This document shows positions 1 through 9,924 of a stretch of DNA of 59,825 nt, piece by piece. This DNA comes from Candidatus Falkowbacteria bacterium (GTDB lineage Bacteria; Patescibacteriota; Patescibacteriia; Patescibacteriales; UBA12465). The stretch spans positions 1 to 59,825 of the forward strand of contig CAINDR010000054.1 of assembly GCA_903847415.1 (NCBI GenBank), written 5' to 3'. Numbering within the stretch: the first letter of the stretch is position 1; each line of letters opens with the position of its first letter. The notes below the pieces were generated by a model that was given only the letters and a program-made list of their open reading frames with translations, ran no database searches and was not told the origin of the DNA. The position numbers and the translations under genes are program-made.

Positions 1-1
1 T

Positions 2-1204
2 GGTGTTGGTAAATCTGTTTTACAAACAGATATGATTGTTCAAGATATCGAAAATGGCAAAGGAGTTTGTGTTTTTGATCCTCACGGTGATTTAATTACC
101 GATGTTTTAGCTCGAATCCCTCTTGAGAGAGCTGAGGATGTTATTGTGTTTTCTCCTGCTGACATGCAAAGACCATTTGCTCTCAACCTTCTAGAATATG
201 ACCCTCGTTATCCTGAACAAAAAACTTTCGTGATTAACGAAATGATTGGTATCTTTGATAAATTATATGATCTAAAGGCTACCGGTGGTCCAATGTTTGA
301 ACAGTACATGAGAAATGCCCTCCTTTTGATTATGGATGACCCAGAAACTGGTTCAACTCTTCTAGAAATTCCGAAAGTCTTAGCTGATGAGAATTTTAGA
401 AAAATGAAACTAGCGAGATGTAAAAATGCTACTGTCGTTGATTTTTGGCGCAAAGAAGCTGAAAAAGCTGGTGGTGATGCTGCTTTGGCAAATATTGTCC
501 CATATATTACCTCCAAACTAACCCCTTTTGTTTCCAATGACATGATGCGTCCAATTATTGGTCAACAAAATAGTTCTTTTAATTTTCGTAATGCCATGGA
601 TAGCCAAAAAATTATTTTGGTTGATATTCCAAAGGGGGTTATTGGTGAGATTAACACTTATCTTTTAGGAATGATCATTGTTGGAAAAATTTTAATGGCC
701 GCCTTATCTCGTACGGATATGGAACAAAAAGATCGCAAAAATTTCTTTTTATACATTGATGAGTTTCAAAATTTTACCACTAATTCAATTTGCCAAATTC
801 TTTCAGAAGCGAGAAAATATGGGCTTGGTTTGATTATCGCCCATCAATATATTGGACAATTAAGCAAAAATAATAATACAGAAATTAAAGACGCTGTTTT
901 TGGAAACGTTGGCACAATGATTGCTTTTAAAGTTGGCGCCGAAGATGCTGAATTTTTAATTAAAGAATTTGGACCAGTTTTTAATGAGTTTGATTTGGTA
1001 AATGTTCCAAAAGGGACTGCTTATCTGAAATTACTAGCTGATAATGCTGCGCTCCGACCATTTTCTTTGCAGCCAATTTGGCCAATTTTTGGCACCGAAA
1101 GACCTGAAATTTGCGATAAGATTCGAGCTCTTTCTCGTTTGAAATATGGTCAAGATCGCAGTATTGTGGAAGCAGAGATTGCCAGGAGAGCTTTGATAGT
1201 TTAA
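2..1204 (+). CDS. VirD4/TraD/TrwB-like (HerA-FtsK superfamily) ATPase, 5' end outside the window
   Basis: Frame is open from base 2 and gives the Walker A tail GVGKS upstream of the listed ATG. Also DPHGD, Walker B LYIDEFQNF and SEARKYGL..IAHQ motifs of coupling-protein-like ATPases common in CPR. Confidence 0.85.
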   Translation, partial: GVGKSVLQTDMIVQDIENGKGVCVFDPHGDLITDVLARIPLERAEDVIVFSPADMQRPFALNLLEYDPRYPEQKTFVINEMIGIFDKLYDLKATGGPMFEQYMRNALLLIMDDPETGSTLLEIPKVLADENFRKMKLARCKNATVVDFWRKEAEKAGGDAALANIVPYITSKLTPFVSNDMMRPIIGQQNSSFNFRNAMDSQKIILVDIPKGVIGEINTYLLGMIIVGKILMAALSRTDMEQKDRKNFFLYIDEFQNFTTNSICQILSEARKYGLGLIIAHQYIGQLSKNNNTEIKDAVFGNVGTMIAFKVGAEDAEFLIKEFGPVFNEFDLVNVPKGTAYLKLLADNAALRPFSLQPIWPIFGTERPEICDKIRALSRLKYGQDRSIVEAEIARRALIV

Positions 1205-1215
1205 AATAAAGTCCT

Positions 1216-2820
1216 ATGTCTACTTTATACCGCGATTATCGGCCACAAGACTTTTCTCAGGTATTTGGCCAGAATCATATTAAAATAACCATTAAGAATG
1301 AGTTAGCTGCTAATCGTTTGGCGGGTGCTTATCTTTTTTGTGGTCCAAGAGCGGTTGGAAAAACTACTTTGGCTCGAATTATTGCAAAAGCCGCAAATTG
1401 TGAAGAAAGAAAAGACGGGGAAGCGGAACCTTGTAATCATTGTCCTTCCTGTGTTAGTTCTCAGGAAGGTAAAAACTTAGATCTTTTAGAAATTGATGCA
1501 GCTTCTAATACTGGCGTTGATCATGTGCGTGAAAATATCATTGCTTCTGCTCACCTAGCACCAAATGGCCATAAGTATAAAGTATTTATTATTGACGAAG
1601 TCCATATGCTTTCTACGGCTGCCTGGAACGCTCTCCTTAAAATAATGGAAGAGCCACCGGCACATATTCTATTTATCCTTTGCACAACTGAAATCCATAA
1701 AGTTCCACTGACCATTATTTCTCGTTGCGAACGATTTGATTTTAAGAGAATCAGCTTAGCGGACACAGTTGAAAAATTAAAAAGAATCATTGCCAAAGAA
1801 GGCGTTGAGGCTGACGAATCAGTATTAACTGCAATTGCTCAAAATTCAGGTGGTCATTTGCGTGATGCTGAAAGTTTATTGGGTCAAATTATTGCAATTA
1901 GTGGCAAAAAGATTGATTCAGAAAAAGCTGCCCTGATCTTACCAAAAAATAATAATCGAGAAATAATTGAGCTGTTAGAATGTCTTTCCAAAAAAGATAG
2001 CGCCCAAGCACTTCGCTTAGTTAATAATTTTTTGGATAGTGGTGTAAATATTAAAAATTTTATTTCAGATTTAGTTGAGTTGGTACGTAAAATTTTATTA
2101 AACAAAGTTAGCCCAGGTTTAGCAGAGAACGTTGGTTTGGATTTTGGTGAAAATTTGGAATTAAAAATTAATGAACTTCAAGAAAAATTAAGCTTGGAAA
2201 GCCTTATTCGTTTTGCTCTTAGATTTAATTCTTTGGCCGGAGAACAAAAAAATGCCGCAATCATTCAATTGCCGCTAGAGCTAGCAATTATTGAACTATG
2301 CCTTGGTGAACAAAAAGAAGTAGTCTTGAAAACTAATTATCCCAACCCTGAAATAATCGCCTCATCACCAAAAATAGAGAAAAAAACAGAAATTGTTCCT
2401 GCGGAGAACCTTGATAAAATTGAACTAAAAGAAGGCAATTCAGTTACTAATAATGAATTAGAAAAAAAATGGGTAGAATTTCTCATTAAAATCAAGCATC
2501 TTAACCATTCCTTATCTTTCGTAATGCAAAATTCAAAACCAGAAGGAATTAGTGATGGTATTTTAACCCTCGGCTTTAAATATAAATTGCATAGTGATCG
2601 GGTTAATCAAGCTGAAATCCGAGATTTAATTGAAAAAACACTCCAGGAGGTTTATGGCGCCAAACTAAAAATTAAAGTTCGTCTTGATGATAGCTTAGTT
2701 ATCACTCCTCGTGATACCTCAGAAAAAGAAGAAGAAAAAAAAGTAGAAGTTAAAAATCCAGAAGGAAATTCATTTATCAATAACTTTCTTCAGAGTTTTG
2801 GTGGTGAAATAATAAGTTAA
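1216..2820 (+). CDS. dnaX: DNA polymerase III subunit gamma/tau
   Basis: LYRDYRPQDF start, GPRAVGKTT P-loop, Zn cysteines, EIDAASN, IIDEVHML, TIISRC. Confidence 0.96.
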   Translation: MSTLYRDYRPQDFSQVFGQNHIKITIKNELAANRLAGAYLFCGPRAVGKTTLARIIAKAANCEERKDGEAEPCNHCPSCVSSQEGKNLDLLEIDAASNTGVDHVRENIIASAHLAPNGHKYKVFIIDEVHMLSTAAWNALLKIMEEPPAHILFILCTTEIHKVPLTIISRCERFDFKRISLADTVEKLKRIIAKEGVEADESVLTAIAQNSGGHLRDAESLLGQIIAISGKKIDSEKAALILPKNNNREIIELLECLSKKDSAQALRLVNNFLDSGVNIKNFISDLVELVRKILLNKVSPGLAENVGLDFGENLELKINELQEKLSLESLIRFALRFNSLAGEQKNAAIIQLPLELAIIELCLGEQKEVVLKTNYPNPEIIASSPKIEKKTEIVPAENLDKIELKEGNSVTNNELEKKWVEFLIKIKHLNHSLSFVMQNSKPEGISDGILTLGFKYKLHSDRVNQAEIRDLIEKTLQEVYGAKLKIKVRLDDSLVITPRDTSEKEEEKKVEVKNPEGNSFINNFLQSFGGEIIS

Positions 2821-2824
2821 AAAT

Positions 2825-4075
2825 ATGTTAGATTTAAAATTAATCAGAGAAGAAACTGAAAAAGTTCAAACCGCTTTATTAAAGAGAATGTCTCCTGAAG
2901 ACCTTGATCTCCAGAAAATTATTAATCTCGACAATCAACGTCGGTCGCTTCTTTTGGTGCTTGAAGAAAAAAAAGGCGAAAGAAATCGCTCCTCAAAAGC
3001 CAAGCCTACTGAAGAAATTATCATCAAAATGAAAGTTTTGGGTGAAGAAATTAAAACAGAAGAAGATGAATTGAATAAGGTTGAACTAGAGTTAAAAGAA
3101 GCCATCTCCGCTTTGCCGAACTTGCCAGCTGATGATGTTTTGTCTGGAGGGAAGGAAAATAATCAAGCAATTTACACTTTTGGCGAAAAGCCAAGTTTTG
3201 ACTTTACTCCAAAAGACCATGTGGAGTTGGCAACTGATTTAGGTTTAATCGATTATCCAAGGGCTGCTAAGATGTCTGGTGCTGGTTTTTGGATTTATAA
3301 AGGAGCTGGAGCTCAATTGGAATGGGCTTTATTAAATTATTTTACTGAACATCATAATCAAAGAAATTACCGTTTTATCCTTCCGCCGTATTTACTTAAC
3401 GAATCATCTGCTTACGCTTCTGGTCATTTACCAAAATTTCGAGAAGATTTATTCTGGACGGAAGATGGTCTTTGTCTTAATGCAACCTCAGAGATGATGT
3501 TGAACAATTATCATCGAGATGAAATTCTACCAACCGAAGAATTACCTTTGAAATATTATGCTTATTCGGCTTGTTTTCGGAGAGAAGCTGGTTCTTATCG
3601 CAAAGAAGAACGGGGGATGATTCGTGGTCATCAATTTAACAAAATGGAAATGTTTCAATTCACTAAACCAGAAGATTCTTGGTTAGCTTTCGAAGAGATA
3701 CTTACTTCGGCTAAAGAAATGATTGAGGGGCTTGGTTTGCATTTCCAAATTAGTAAATTAGCAGCCGGAGATTGTTCATCGGCAATGGCTAAAACGGTTG
3801 ATTTAGAAGTTTGGATTCCTAGCATGGAGATTTATAAAGAAGTTAGTTCGGTTTCTAACGCCTTAGATTATCAAGCTCGTCGTTCCAACATTCGTTTTAA
3901 AAATTCGAATGGAAAAAATGAATTTGTTCATACTTTAAATGGCTCCGGCTTGGCCACCAGTCGCTTGTTTCCAGCCATCCTAGAGCAATTTCAGACCTCC
4001 GAGGGAACAGTAAAGGTGCCAGTAGCCCTTCGTAAGTATTTACCAGAAGATCTTTGGGAATTAAAGAAAAAATAA
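2825..4075 (+). CDS. serS: seryl-tRNA synthetase
   Basis: MLDLKLIRE start, coiled-coil arm, motif 2 FRREAG..RGHQFNKME, motif 3 HTLNGSGLA. Confidence 0.97.
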   Translation: MLDLKLIREETEKVQTALLKRMSPEDLDLQKIINLDNQRRSLLLVLEEKKGERNRSSKAKPTEEIIIKMKVLGEEIKTEEDELNKVELELKEAISALPNLPADDVLSGGKENNQAIYTFGEKPSFDFTPKDHVELATDLGLIDYPRAAKMSGAGFWIYKGAGAQLEWALLNYFTEHHNQRNYRFILPPYLLNESSAYASGHLPKFREDLFWTEDGLCLNATSEMMLNNYHRDEILPTEELPLKYYAYSACFRREAGSYRKEERGMIRGHQFNKMEMFQFTKPEDSWLAFEEILTSAKEMIEGLGLHFQISKLAAGDCSSAMAKTVDLEVWIPSMEIYKEVSSVSNALDYQARRSNIRFKNSNGKNEFVHTLNGSGLATSRLFPAILEQFQTSEGTVKVPVALRKYLPEDLWELKKK

Positions 4076-4091
4076 AAAGCAAATATTTTAA

Positions 4092-4124
4092 AAAAGCCTC
4101 CTGATTAAGGGGGCTTTTGTTTTA
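4092..4124. terminator. bidirectional intrinsic terminator
   Basis: AAAAGCCTCCT-gatta-AGGGGGCTTTT hairpin between convergent genes. Confidence 0.75.
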
Positions 4125-4125
4125 T

Positions 4126-4935
4126 TTAGGAAACAAGAAATGCCTGACTTTTGTCTATTGCGATCTCCTTTTCAAATGTTATAGTTACATGAGACATTGC
4201 TGGTAGCAATTCTTTTTTTAGGCTCATGATATTGGCAAATTCTTTATTAAAATCTGACTCAGAAATTTTTTGGTCAACAAAAGATTTCGCAAGTTCAATC
4301 ATTTCTGCTTTCTTTTCTTTTTCTATCTTTCCTATCTTTTTAGACAGAAAATCTTTAACAGAGAAAGTGAAAGAAACATTTGCTTTTTTATTCGATTCTT
4401 TATCGAATAATATTTTTGCTATCTCTAGGCTGTAATGGCTGTAGTTATCGAAAGTGAGACCAATTTTAAAGGTCACTGTTACTGGGAATTTTAGGCCAGG
4501 ACCATACAGCGATGAAGTGAATTCATGACTATAATATCCACTTTTTTCTAAGTGCATATAACAAGTTAGTCCTTTTGACCAATATGGTTTATCAATGATT
4601 TTTAAATCTTCTCCACATTTTAGCACAATAAAAGGATCAGTTTCTTTTACTTTATAAAATAAATCTCGAGTTACTGGCCTAGTAATATATTTCTTAATTA
4701 TGTAATACGCATAGGCGCAGTGAATTACGGATATAGAAAAAAATAATATTACCAAATCCCAGACTAACACCGTAGGTATAATATTTAAAAAGTTTAGGAC
4801 AACGAAAGTCACCGCTGCGATCACGTTTACTACGAAAGAATACCAAACTGGATGAGCAGTAAAGAACAAAAACCAACTTTTTTTAGGGTTTTTGCAGAAT
4901 AAAGAAATAGCTTCCTTGATTTTCTGTTTTTTCAT
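4126..4935 (-). CDS. hypothetical membrane protein (2 N-terminal TM), paralog of 5069-5794
   Basis: 269-aa ORF with two hydrophobic segments and an upstream TTGACA box. Confidence 0.7.
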   Translation of the reverse strand: MKKQKIKEAISLFCKNPKKSWFLFFTAHPVWYSFVVNVIAAVTFVVLNFLNIIPTVLVWDLVILFFSISVIHCAYAYYIIKKYITRPVTRDLFYKVKETDPFIVLKCGEDLKIIDKPYWSKGLTCYMHLEKSGYYSHEFTSSLYGPGLKFPVTVTFKIGLTFDNYSHYSLEIAKILFDKESNKKANVSFTFSVKDFLSKKIGKIEKEKKAEMIELAKSFVDQKISESDFNKEFANIMSLKKELLPAMSHVTITFEKEIAIDKSQAFLVS

Positions 4936-5034
4936 GTTTTAAGTTTTTTTTTAAGTTTTTAAAGATTAATTGAACTAAGTCTAAACGGCTTAGTTTAATA
5001 AACTAACAAAATAAACATTTTTTGTCAATAAAAA

Positions 5035-5058
5035 AAACCGTTGTTGATCCAACGGTTT
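5035..5058 (-). terminator. intrinsic terminator of 5069-5794
   Basis: AAACCGTTG-ttgatc-CAACGGTTT with an A-tract on its left (U-tract on the minus strand). Confidence 0.7.
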
Positions 5059-5068
5059 ACCTTTTGTG

Positions 5069-5794
5069 TTACAAGCGAAAACTATGCCTGATTGAAATGT
5101 TATCATCAAAAACCACTTCCACTACTTTTAAATGGGGCAAGGAATATTTTTCTACATTTAAGCTTAGAAAAATTTTCTCCCGGAGAAGCTGATCAGACAA
5201 TTTTCCTTCAAAATACGACAAACAAGCTAGGCCTATTTTTTCTTTATTTCTGCGCTTGGCTTTTTCCACTAACCAATTAGCAAACCGATCTGGTCTAGTG
5301 CTAATTAATGTTTCTCTTTCATTTTTCTGAATAAATTCTTCGTATAAATCTTCATCGGCTAAAATTTTCTTTATTGAAGCAATTTGAGAAATCCGATTAG
5401 TGGATGGCTCCATTATTATTGTGAAGGGAATAGTTACTTCTAGTTCTGTAATTTTGAAAGACCGACTCCAAAGCCCTCGACCAATAAATTGCGCTTCGTA
5501 TCTATGCGTATTTTGCCATATTGGTCTTTCAATAATTGATACTTCGGGATTCATGATAAATCTAAACTGCTCCTCACTTTTTTGGAGCGGTCTAATTATT
5601 TTATAAAATATTAAATAATAGACCAAAACTTGGTGCCCTAAAATAACAAAGAGTACGAAAATAAATGTCTTCAAAGTAACTTGAAATAAAAGAGCAAAAA
5701 CTGTCACCAACAAACCAATTAATAGTGTATGAATAATTGGATGTTTCGAAAAAGAAAGAAACCATTTTCTAAATAGATTTGTTGTTTTTTTCAT
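5069..5794 (-). CDS. hypothetical membrane protein (2 N-terminal TM), paralog of 4126-4935
   Basis: 241-aa ORF sharing WFL.F..HP, YY.I...I.RP, II..P.W and C-terminal LP....V...F...I.I patterns with its neighbour. Confidence 0.7.
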   Translation of the reverse strand: MKKTTNLFRKWFLSFSKHPIIHTLLIGLLVTVFALLFQVTLKTFIFVLFVILGHQVLVYYLIFYKIIRPLQKSEEQFRFIMNPEVSIIERPIWQNTHRYEAQFIGRGLWSRSFKITELEVTIPFTIIMEPSTNRISQIASIKKILADEDLYEEFIQKNERETLISTRPDRFANWLVEKAKRRNKEKIGLACLSYFEGKLSDQLLREKIFLSLNVEKYSLPHLKVVEVVFDDNISIRHSFRL

Positions 5795-6010
5795 GATTTT
5801 TTTTATAAGATTAATATTTAATTAACTAAAAATTCACCATTTTTTTGATTGAACTTTATAGTTAATTAAATATCTTCTTGCTTGTGAAAGAACTAACTTA
5901 GCTTTAAAAATTATCAAACAAACTAAAAATTGTCAACATTAAAGTCAATCTTTTTCTTGACATCAACAAAACTTTGTGTTAGAATCTTAAGTTGAAATAT
6001 TAGCAAATTT

Positions 6011-8014
6011 ATGCCAAAAAAGACCATAAAAATCGCGATTTTTACCATACTAACCCTTTTAATCGGCTTTCAGCCGTTGTTTGCATTGGCCGCAACTGAG
6101 CCAGGGACACCAAAAATTGCTAATTATTATTTAAAATACGAAATTAGCGATGCTGAAGCAGAGGAGCTTGCCAAATGGGATTTTCTGATTTTAGATATGG
6201 AAAACCAGGAAACCAGCCCGGCCCAGCTGACAAAAATCAGGGAACTGAACCCAAAAATTAAAATTGTTGCCTACCTTACTTCTGAGGAAATCTTAGAGTA
6301 TGTTAATTCTGGTTATGCACCAATGCGTGCCGAACTTCGATCAGAAATTAAAGAAAGCTACTGGCTCAAAGACCAAAATGGCAATAAGCTTTCTTTTTGG
6401 TCGGGAACCTTGATGCTTAATGGTAGTGACACTAGCTCCGACTCTTGGAATACTTATCTCGCAAATTTTATTAATCAAAGAATCAAAGCCTCCGGTTATT
6501 GGGATGGCGTCTTTTTAGATAATCTTTGGCCAGAAATTTCTTGGTTTAATGGAGGAAATATTGATTTAAATAATGATGCAAAAAAAGATTCTGCTGGTGA
6601 TTTAAACGCTCGCTGGTTGAATGGTTCAAAAAATTTATTAACCCAAATCCGCGCCAAAACTGGCAACAGTTTTTTAATTATTGCTAATGGCCAGGCCGAT
6701 GCTCGTTTTGAAAAAGATTTGAATGGTCGTTTGTTGGAAAATTTTCCAACCCTTTTTAGTAATGGCGGTTGGACTAATGCCATGAAATCTTATTCCTTAT
6801 CAGTAAATGCTCAAAAAGCGCCAAAATTAGCAGCCTTAAATACTTATAGCAAGAACCAATACGATTACCGCAAATTCCGCTTTGGCCTTACCAGCGCTTT
6901 AATGTCTGACGGATATTATAGTTTTGATTATGACGTCACAAACCATGGTCAGACTTGGTGGTATGATGAATACGATGTAAAATTGGGGCAAGCGGAAAAT
7001 ACTGCTTATAATTTATTAAACAAAAATTCAAACTCCTGGCAGGCCGGTTTATGGCGTCGCGATTTTGAAAATGGTATTGCTGTAGTAAATTCGACAAACA
7101 AAACTCAAACTTATTCCTTTCAAAAAGAAAATTTTGAAAAAATTTCTGGTACTCAAGACGTTGGAGTTAATAGCAGTGAAAAAACGAACTGGGTCAAACT
7201 TGTACCCGGTGACGGTATTATTCTTCTAAAAAAGAATACTGAGATTATTGAAAGTGCTTTTACTAACGGAGAATTTGTTCGTGTTTTAAATGACCGAAAT
7301 CAAGCTGTTCAAAATGGTTATTTTACTTACCTTGATTATATTCCTGGCTCGGCTCAGGTTCTAATCACAAATTTCAACGACGGAAAAGCAACAATCAATT
7401 CAGTTGGCGGAAAAATTACCATTACTCGTCAAGGAAAAATTCTAAAAAGCTTTCGTGCTTATTCTGATAATAACTTGAACAATGTGACATTAGCGACTGG
7501 TGATATCTTTGAAAATACTGAAAAAGAAATTATTGTTGGCGCCGGAAAAGGCAATGAACCTTGGGTCAAGATTTTTAGTCGAAATGGAAAACAACTCGGT
7601 AAATTTTATGCTTTTGATCAAACCTTTCGGGGAGGGGTAAGGGTTGCGGTTGCTGATTTAGATAATGATGGTAAAATAGAAATAGTTACTACCCCAGGAC
7701 CTGGCCTTAATTCGCAAGTAAACATTTTTAGTAGCGACGGAAAATTAAAAAATCAATTCAAGGTTTTTGAAGACGGCTTTAAAGGTGGTGTTAGTGTTGC
7801 TACTGCTGATATCGATGGTGATGGAATTAGCGAAATAGTAGTGGGTGCTGGCCCTGGTGGCGGACCACAGGTAGCAATTTATAATGGAAATGGTGAGTTA
7901 AAATCACAATTCTATGCTTATGATAATGATTTTAAAAAGGGGGTTCGTGTCTCCGCTTCTGATGTAAATAAAGACGGAAAGGCGGAAATTCTTGCCGGTA
8001 TTATTAACTTTTAA
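6011..8014 (+). CDS. secreted putative glycoside hydrolase (GH114/GHL15-like barrel) with C-terminal FG-GAP repeats
   Basis: Signal peptide, WDGVFLDN, WRRDFENG, and repeated VAVADLDNDGKIEIV / ATADIDGDGISEIVVGAGPGGGP. Confidence 0.75.
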   Translation: MPKKTIKIAIFTILTLLIGFQPLFALAATEPGTPKIANYYLKYEISDAEAEELAKWDFLILDMENQETSPAQLTKIRELNPKIKIVAYLTSEEILEYVNSGYAPMRAELRSEIKESYWLKDQNGNKLSFWSGTLMLNGSDTSSDSWNTYLANFINQRIKASGYWDGVFLDNLWPEISWFNGGNIDLNNDAKKDSAGDLNARWLNGSKNLLTQIRAKTGNSFLIIANGQADARFEKDLNGRLLENFPTLFSNGGWTNAMKSYSLSVNAQKAPKLAALNTYSKNQYDYRKFRFGLTSALMSDGYYSFDYDVTNHGQTWWYDEYDVKLGQAENTAYNLLNKNSNSWQAGLWRRDFENGIAVVNSTNKTQTYSFQKENFEKISGTQDVGVNSSEKTNWVKLVPGDGIILLKKNTEIIESAFTNGEFVRVLNDRNQAVQNGYFTYLDYIPGSAQVLITNFNDGKATINSVGGKITITRQGKILKSFRAYSDNNLNNVTLATGDIFENTEKEIIVGAGKGNEPWVKIFSRNGKQLGKFYAFDQTFRGGVRVAVADLDNDGKIEIVTTPGPGLNSQVNIFSSDGKLKNQFKVFEDGFKGGVSVATADIDGDGISEIVVGAGPGGGPQVAIYNGNGELKSQFYAYDNDFKKGVRVSASDVNKDGKAEILAGIINF

Positions 8015-8020
8015 AAATAT

Positions 8021-8761
8021 ATGAATCTCTTAAAAAATCTTCATAATCGTTCCAAGAATCGCTATGAAAAATTTTATCGTGGACGGTATTTTCATTTAAG
8101 TATCGACATAATTTTATTAGTAATTATTATTACCTTGGCCAGTTTGCTTTTTGCTGTCTATCGTTATGAGCCAGCAAATTCAAACTTAAATGTTCCAAAA
8201 CATCAAGAAAAAGTTGCTTCTACTAGCACTCCTGAAAAAAAAGAAGAAATCATAAAATTACCAAGAAAAACTCCAAGCAACTTGGTTGTGCAAACCCTAA
8301 TTTATTACCACAGTCCTCAGGGTGATCAATTGGGCTCTGGCCCAATTCCACCAATCGTTGGAATTCCAACAACCTATTGGTTATTTTTTAAGGCGGAAAA
8401 CCAAGGTAATGAAATTGGTGAATTTTTAATGAGCGCTAAATTACCAAATAATGTTGTTTTTACTGGAAATAAAACCTTAAATGCCGGCGATATCTCTTAC
8501 CAACCTGATCGTCATCTTTTGATTTGGAAAGTAAATAGTTTATCAAAAGAAAAATCTTCTTATTCGGCTGGAATGGAAATATCCCTAACCCCAACCCCGC
8601 AGCAAGTGGGGAAAAATTGCGAGTTAGTAGGTAGTATTTTTTATTCAGCAAAAGATTTGGAGGCAGAAACTGAACTAAGTGGTAATTTAAAAAGCATGAC
8701 AAGTTTCCTGGATTTTGATAAAATAAATCGAGGGCAAGGGAAGACTGAGGCTCTGGATTAA
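8021..8761 (+). CDS. membrane-anchored hypothetical protein, beta-rich extracellular domain
   Basis: Single N-terminal TM; operonic spacing with both neighbours. Confidence 0.7.
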   Translation: MNLLKNLHNRSKNRYEKFYRGRYFHLSIDIILLVIIITLASLLFAVYRYEPANSNLNVPKHQEKVASTSTPEKKEEIIKLPRKTPSNLVVQTLIYYHSPQGDQLGSGPIPPIVGIPTTYWLFFKAENQGNEIGEFLMSAKLPNNVVFTGNKTLNAGDISYQPDRHLLIWKVNSLSKEKSSYSAGMEISLTPTPQQVGKNCELVGSIFYSAKDLEAETELSGNLKSMTSFLDFDKINRGQGKTEALD

Positions 8762-8770
8762 TTATTATTT

Positions 8771-9919
8771 ATGATTATTTCTTTTTTAAAAAAAATTCGT
8801 CAGCCAAACTATCAACCTTTAAATAAAATAGAAATTTCTTCTGACCGCTTATTGGCCAATTTTCGCTTTCTTAAAAACCTTCAACCAAAATCAGAAATTA
8901 TCCCAGTCTTAAAGTCAAACGCCTATGGCCATGGCTTACGTGAAGTTTGCCAGATAATTAATGGCCACGCCAAAATGATTGCAGTTGATTCATTCCCAGA
9001 GGCGCAAATCGCCTATCGTTATTTTAAAGGAAAAGTTTTAATTATTGGGGAAATGCCTCTTGAGGCTTATCTTTATTGTCGACCAAAGAAAACTGAGTTT
9101 TGCGTTTATAATGACCAGACTTTGAAATTTTTAGCTAATCATTTTTTAAAACCAAGTATCCACCTCTTTGTAAATACTGGCATGAATAGGGAAGGTATTA
9201 AAAATTTGCCAGATTTTTTAGAAAGAAATAAAAATTTTTTAAAGAAAGTAAAAATTACCGGACTTTGCTCTCATTTAGCTTCTGCAGAAACGGATGCTTA
9301 TTTAAACAAAAAACAAGAACAAAGCTTCCTGAATTGCCTCGAACTTCTGAATGCCAACAAAATTCATCCGAAATTTATTCATCTGGGAAATTCTGCTGGG
9401 ACCTTTACTTTAAACAATTCAAAATTAAACGCTTTTCGCTGTGGACTATCTTTTTATGGATACAATCCATTTCCTAGCGAAAGTCCTCACCACAAGAGCG
9501 CTGAAGCCTTATCACCTGCCTTAAGAGTGGTTTCTCAAATTGTCGCCTTCCAAGATTTAATTAATGGTGATAGCGTATCCTATAACGAAACTTATCGCAG
9601 TGAAAATCAAGAAAAAATAGCAGTAGTTCCTTTCGGCTATCACGAAGGTTTGCCACGCAGCCTTTCTAATAAAGGGAAATTAAAAGTGATTAGCAAAAAT
9701 AAAAATTTTTGGGCCTCAGTTATTGGTAAAATTTGCATGAATCTTGCTTGTATTCAAATTGGCGATGAAAAAGTGCAACTAGGGAGCCCAGTGGAAATAG
9801 TTTCTTGGAACAAAAATGAGCACAATTCTTTGGAAAATTTAGCGAAAAATGCCAACCTAATTATTTATGAATTTTTAATTCATCTTGATAGCAAGATTAG
9901 GAGGGAAGTGGTAAAATAA
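8771..9919 (+). CDS. alr: alanine racemase
   Basis: PLP-lysine motif VLKSNAYGHG, NTGMNREG, SHLASA, VSY, IGKICMN. Confidence 0.93.
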   Translation: MIISFLKKIRQPNYQPLNKIEISSDRLLANFRFLKNLQPKSEIIPVLKSNAYGHGLREVCQIINGHAKMIAVDSFPEAQIAYRYFKGKVLIIGEMPLEAYLYCRPKKTEFCVYNDQTLKFLANHFLKPSIHLFVNTGMNREGIKNLPDFLERNKNFLKKVKITGLCSHLASAETDAYLNKKQEQSFLNCLELLNANKIHPKFIHLGNSAGTFTLNNSKLNAFRCGLSFYGYNPFPSESPHHKSAEALSPALRVVSQIVAFQDLINGDSVSYNETYRSENQEKIAVVPFGYHEGLPRSLSNKGKLKVISKNKNFWASVIGKICMNLACIQIGDEKVQLGSPVEIVSWNKNEHNSLENLAKNANLIIYEFLIHLDSKIRREVVK

Positions 9920-9924
9920 CTTCT

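Noticed and set aside
2..1204. VirD4-like ATPase as evidence of a conjugative element
   Set aside because: It sits directly before dnaX-serS with no relaxase or other T4SS genes in view; such ATPases are common chromosomal genes in CPR.
2461..2490. Possible dnaX -1 frameshift at A AAA AAA giving a gamma-like product
   Set aside because: A-runs are ubiquitous in this genome, and I saw no convincing stimulatory hairpin or upstream SD.
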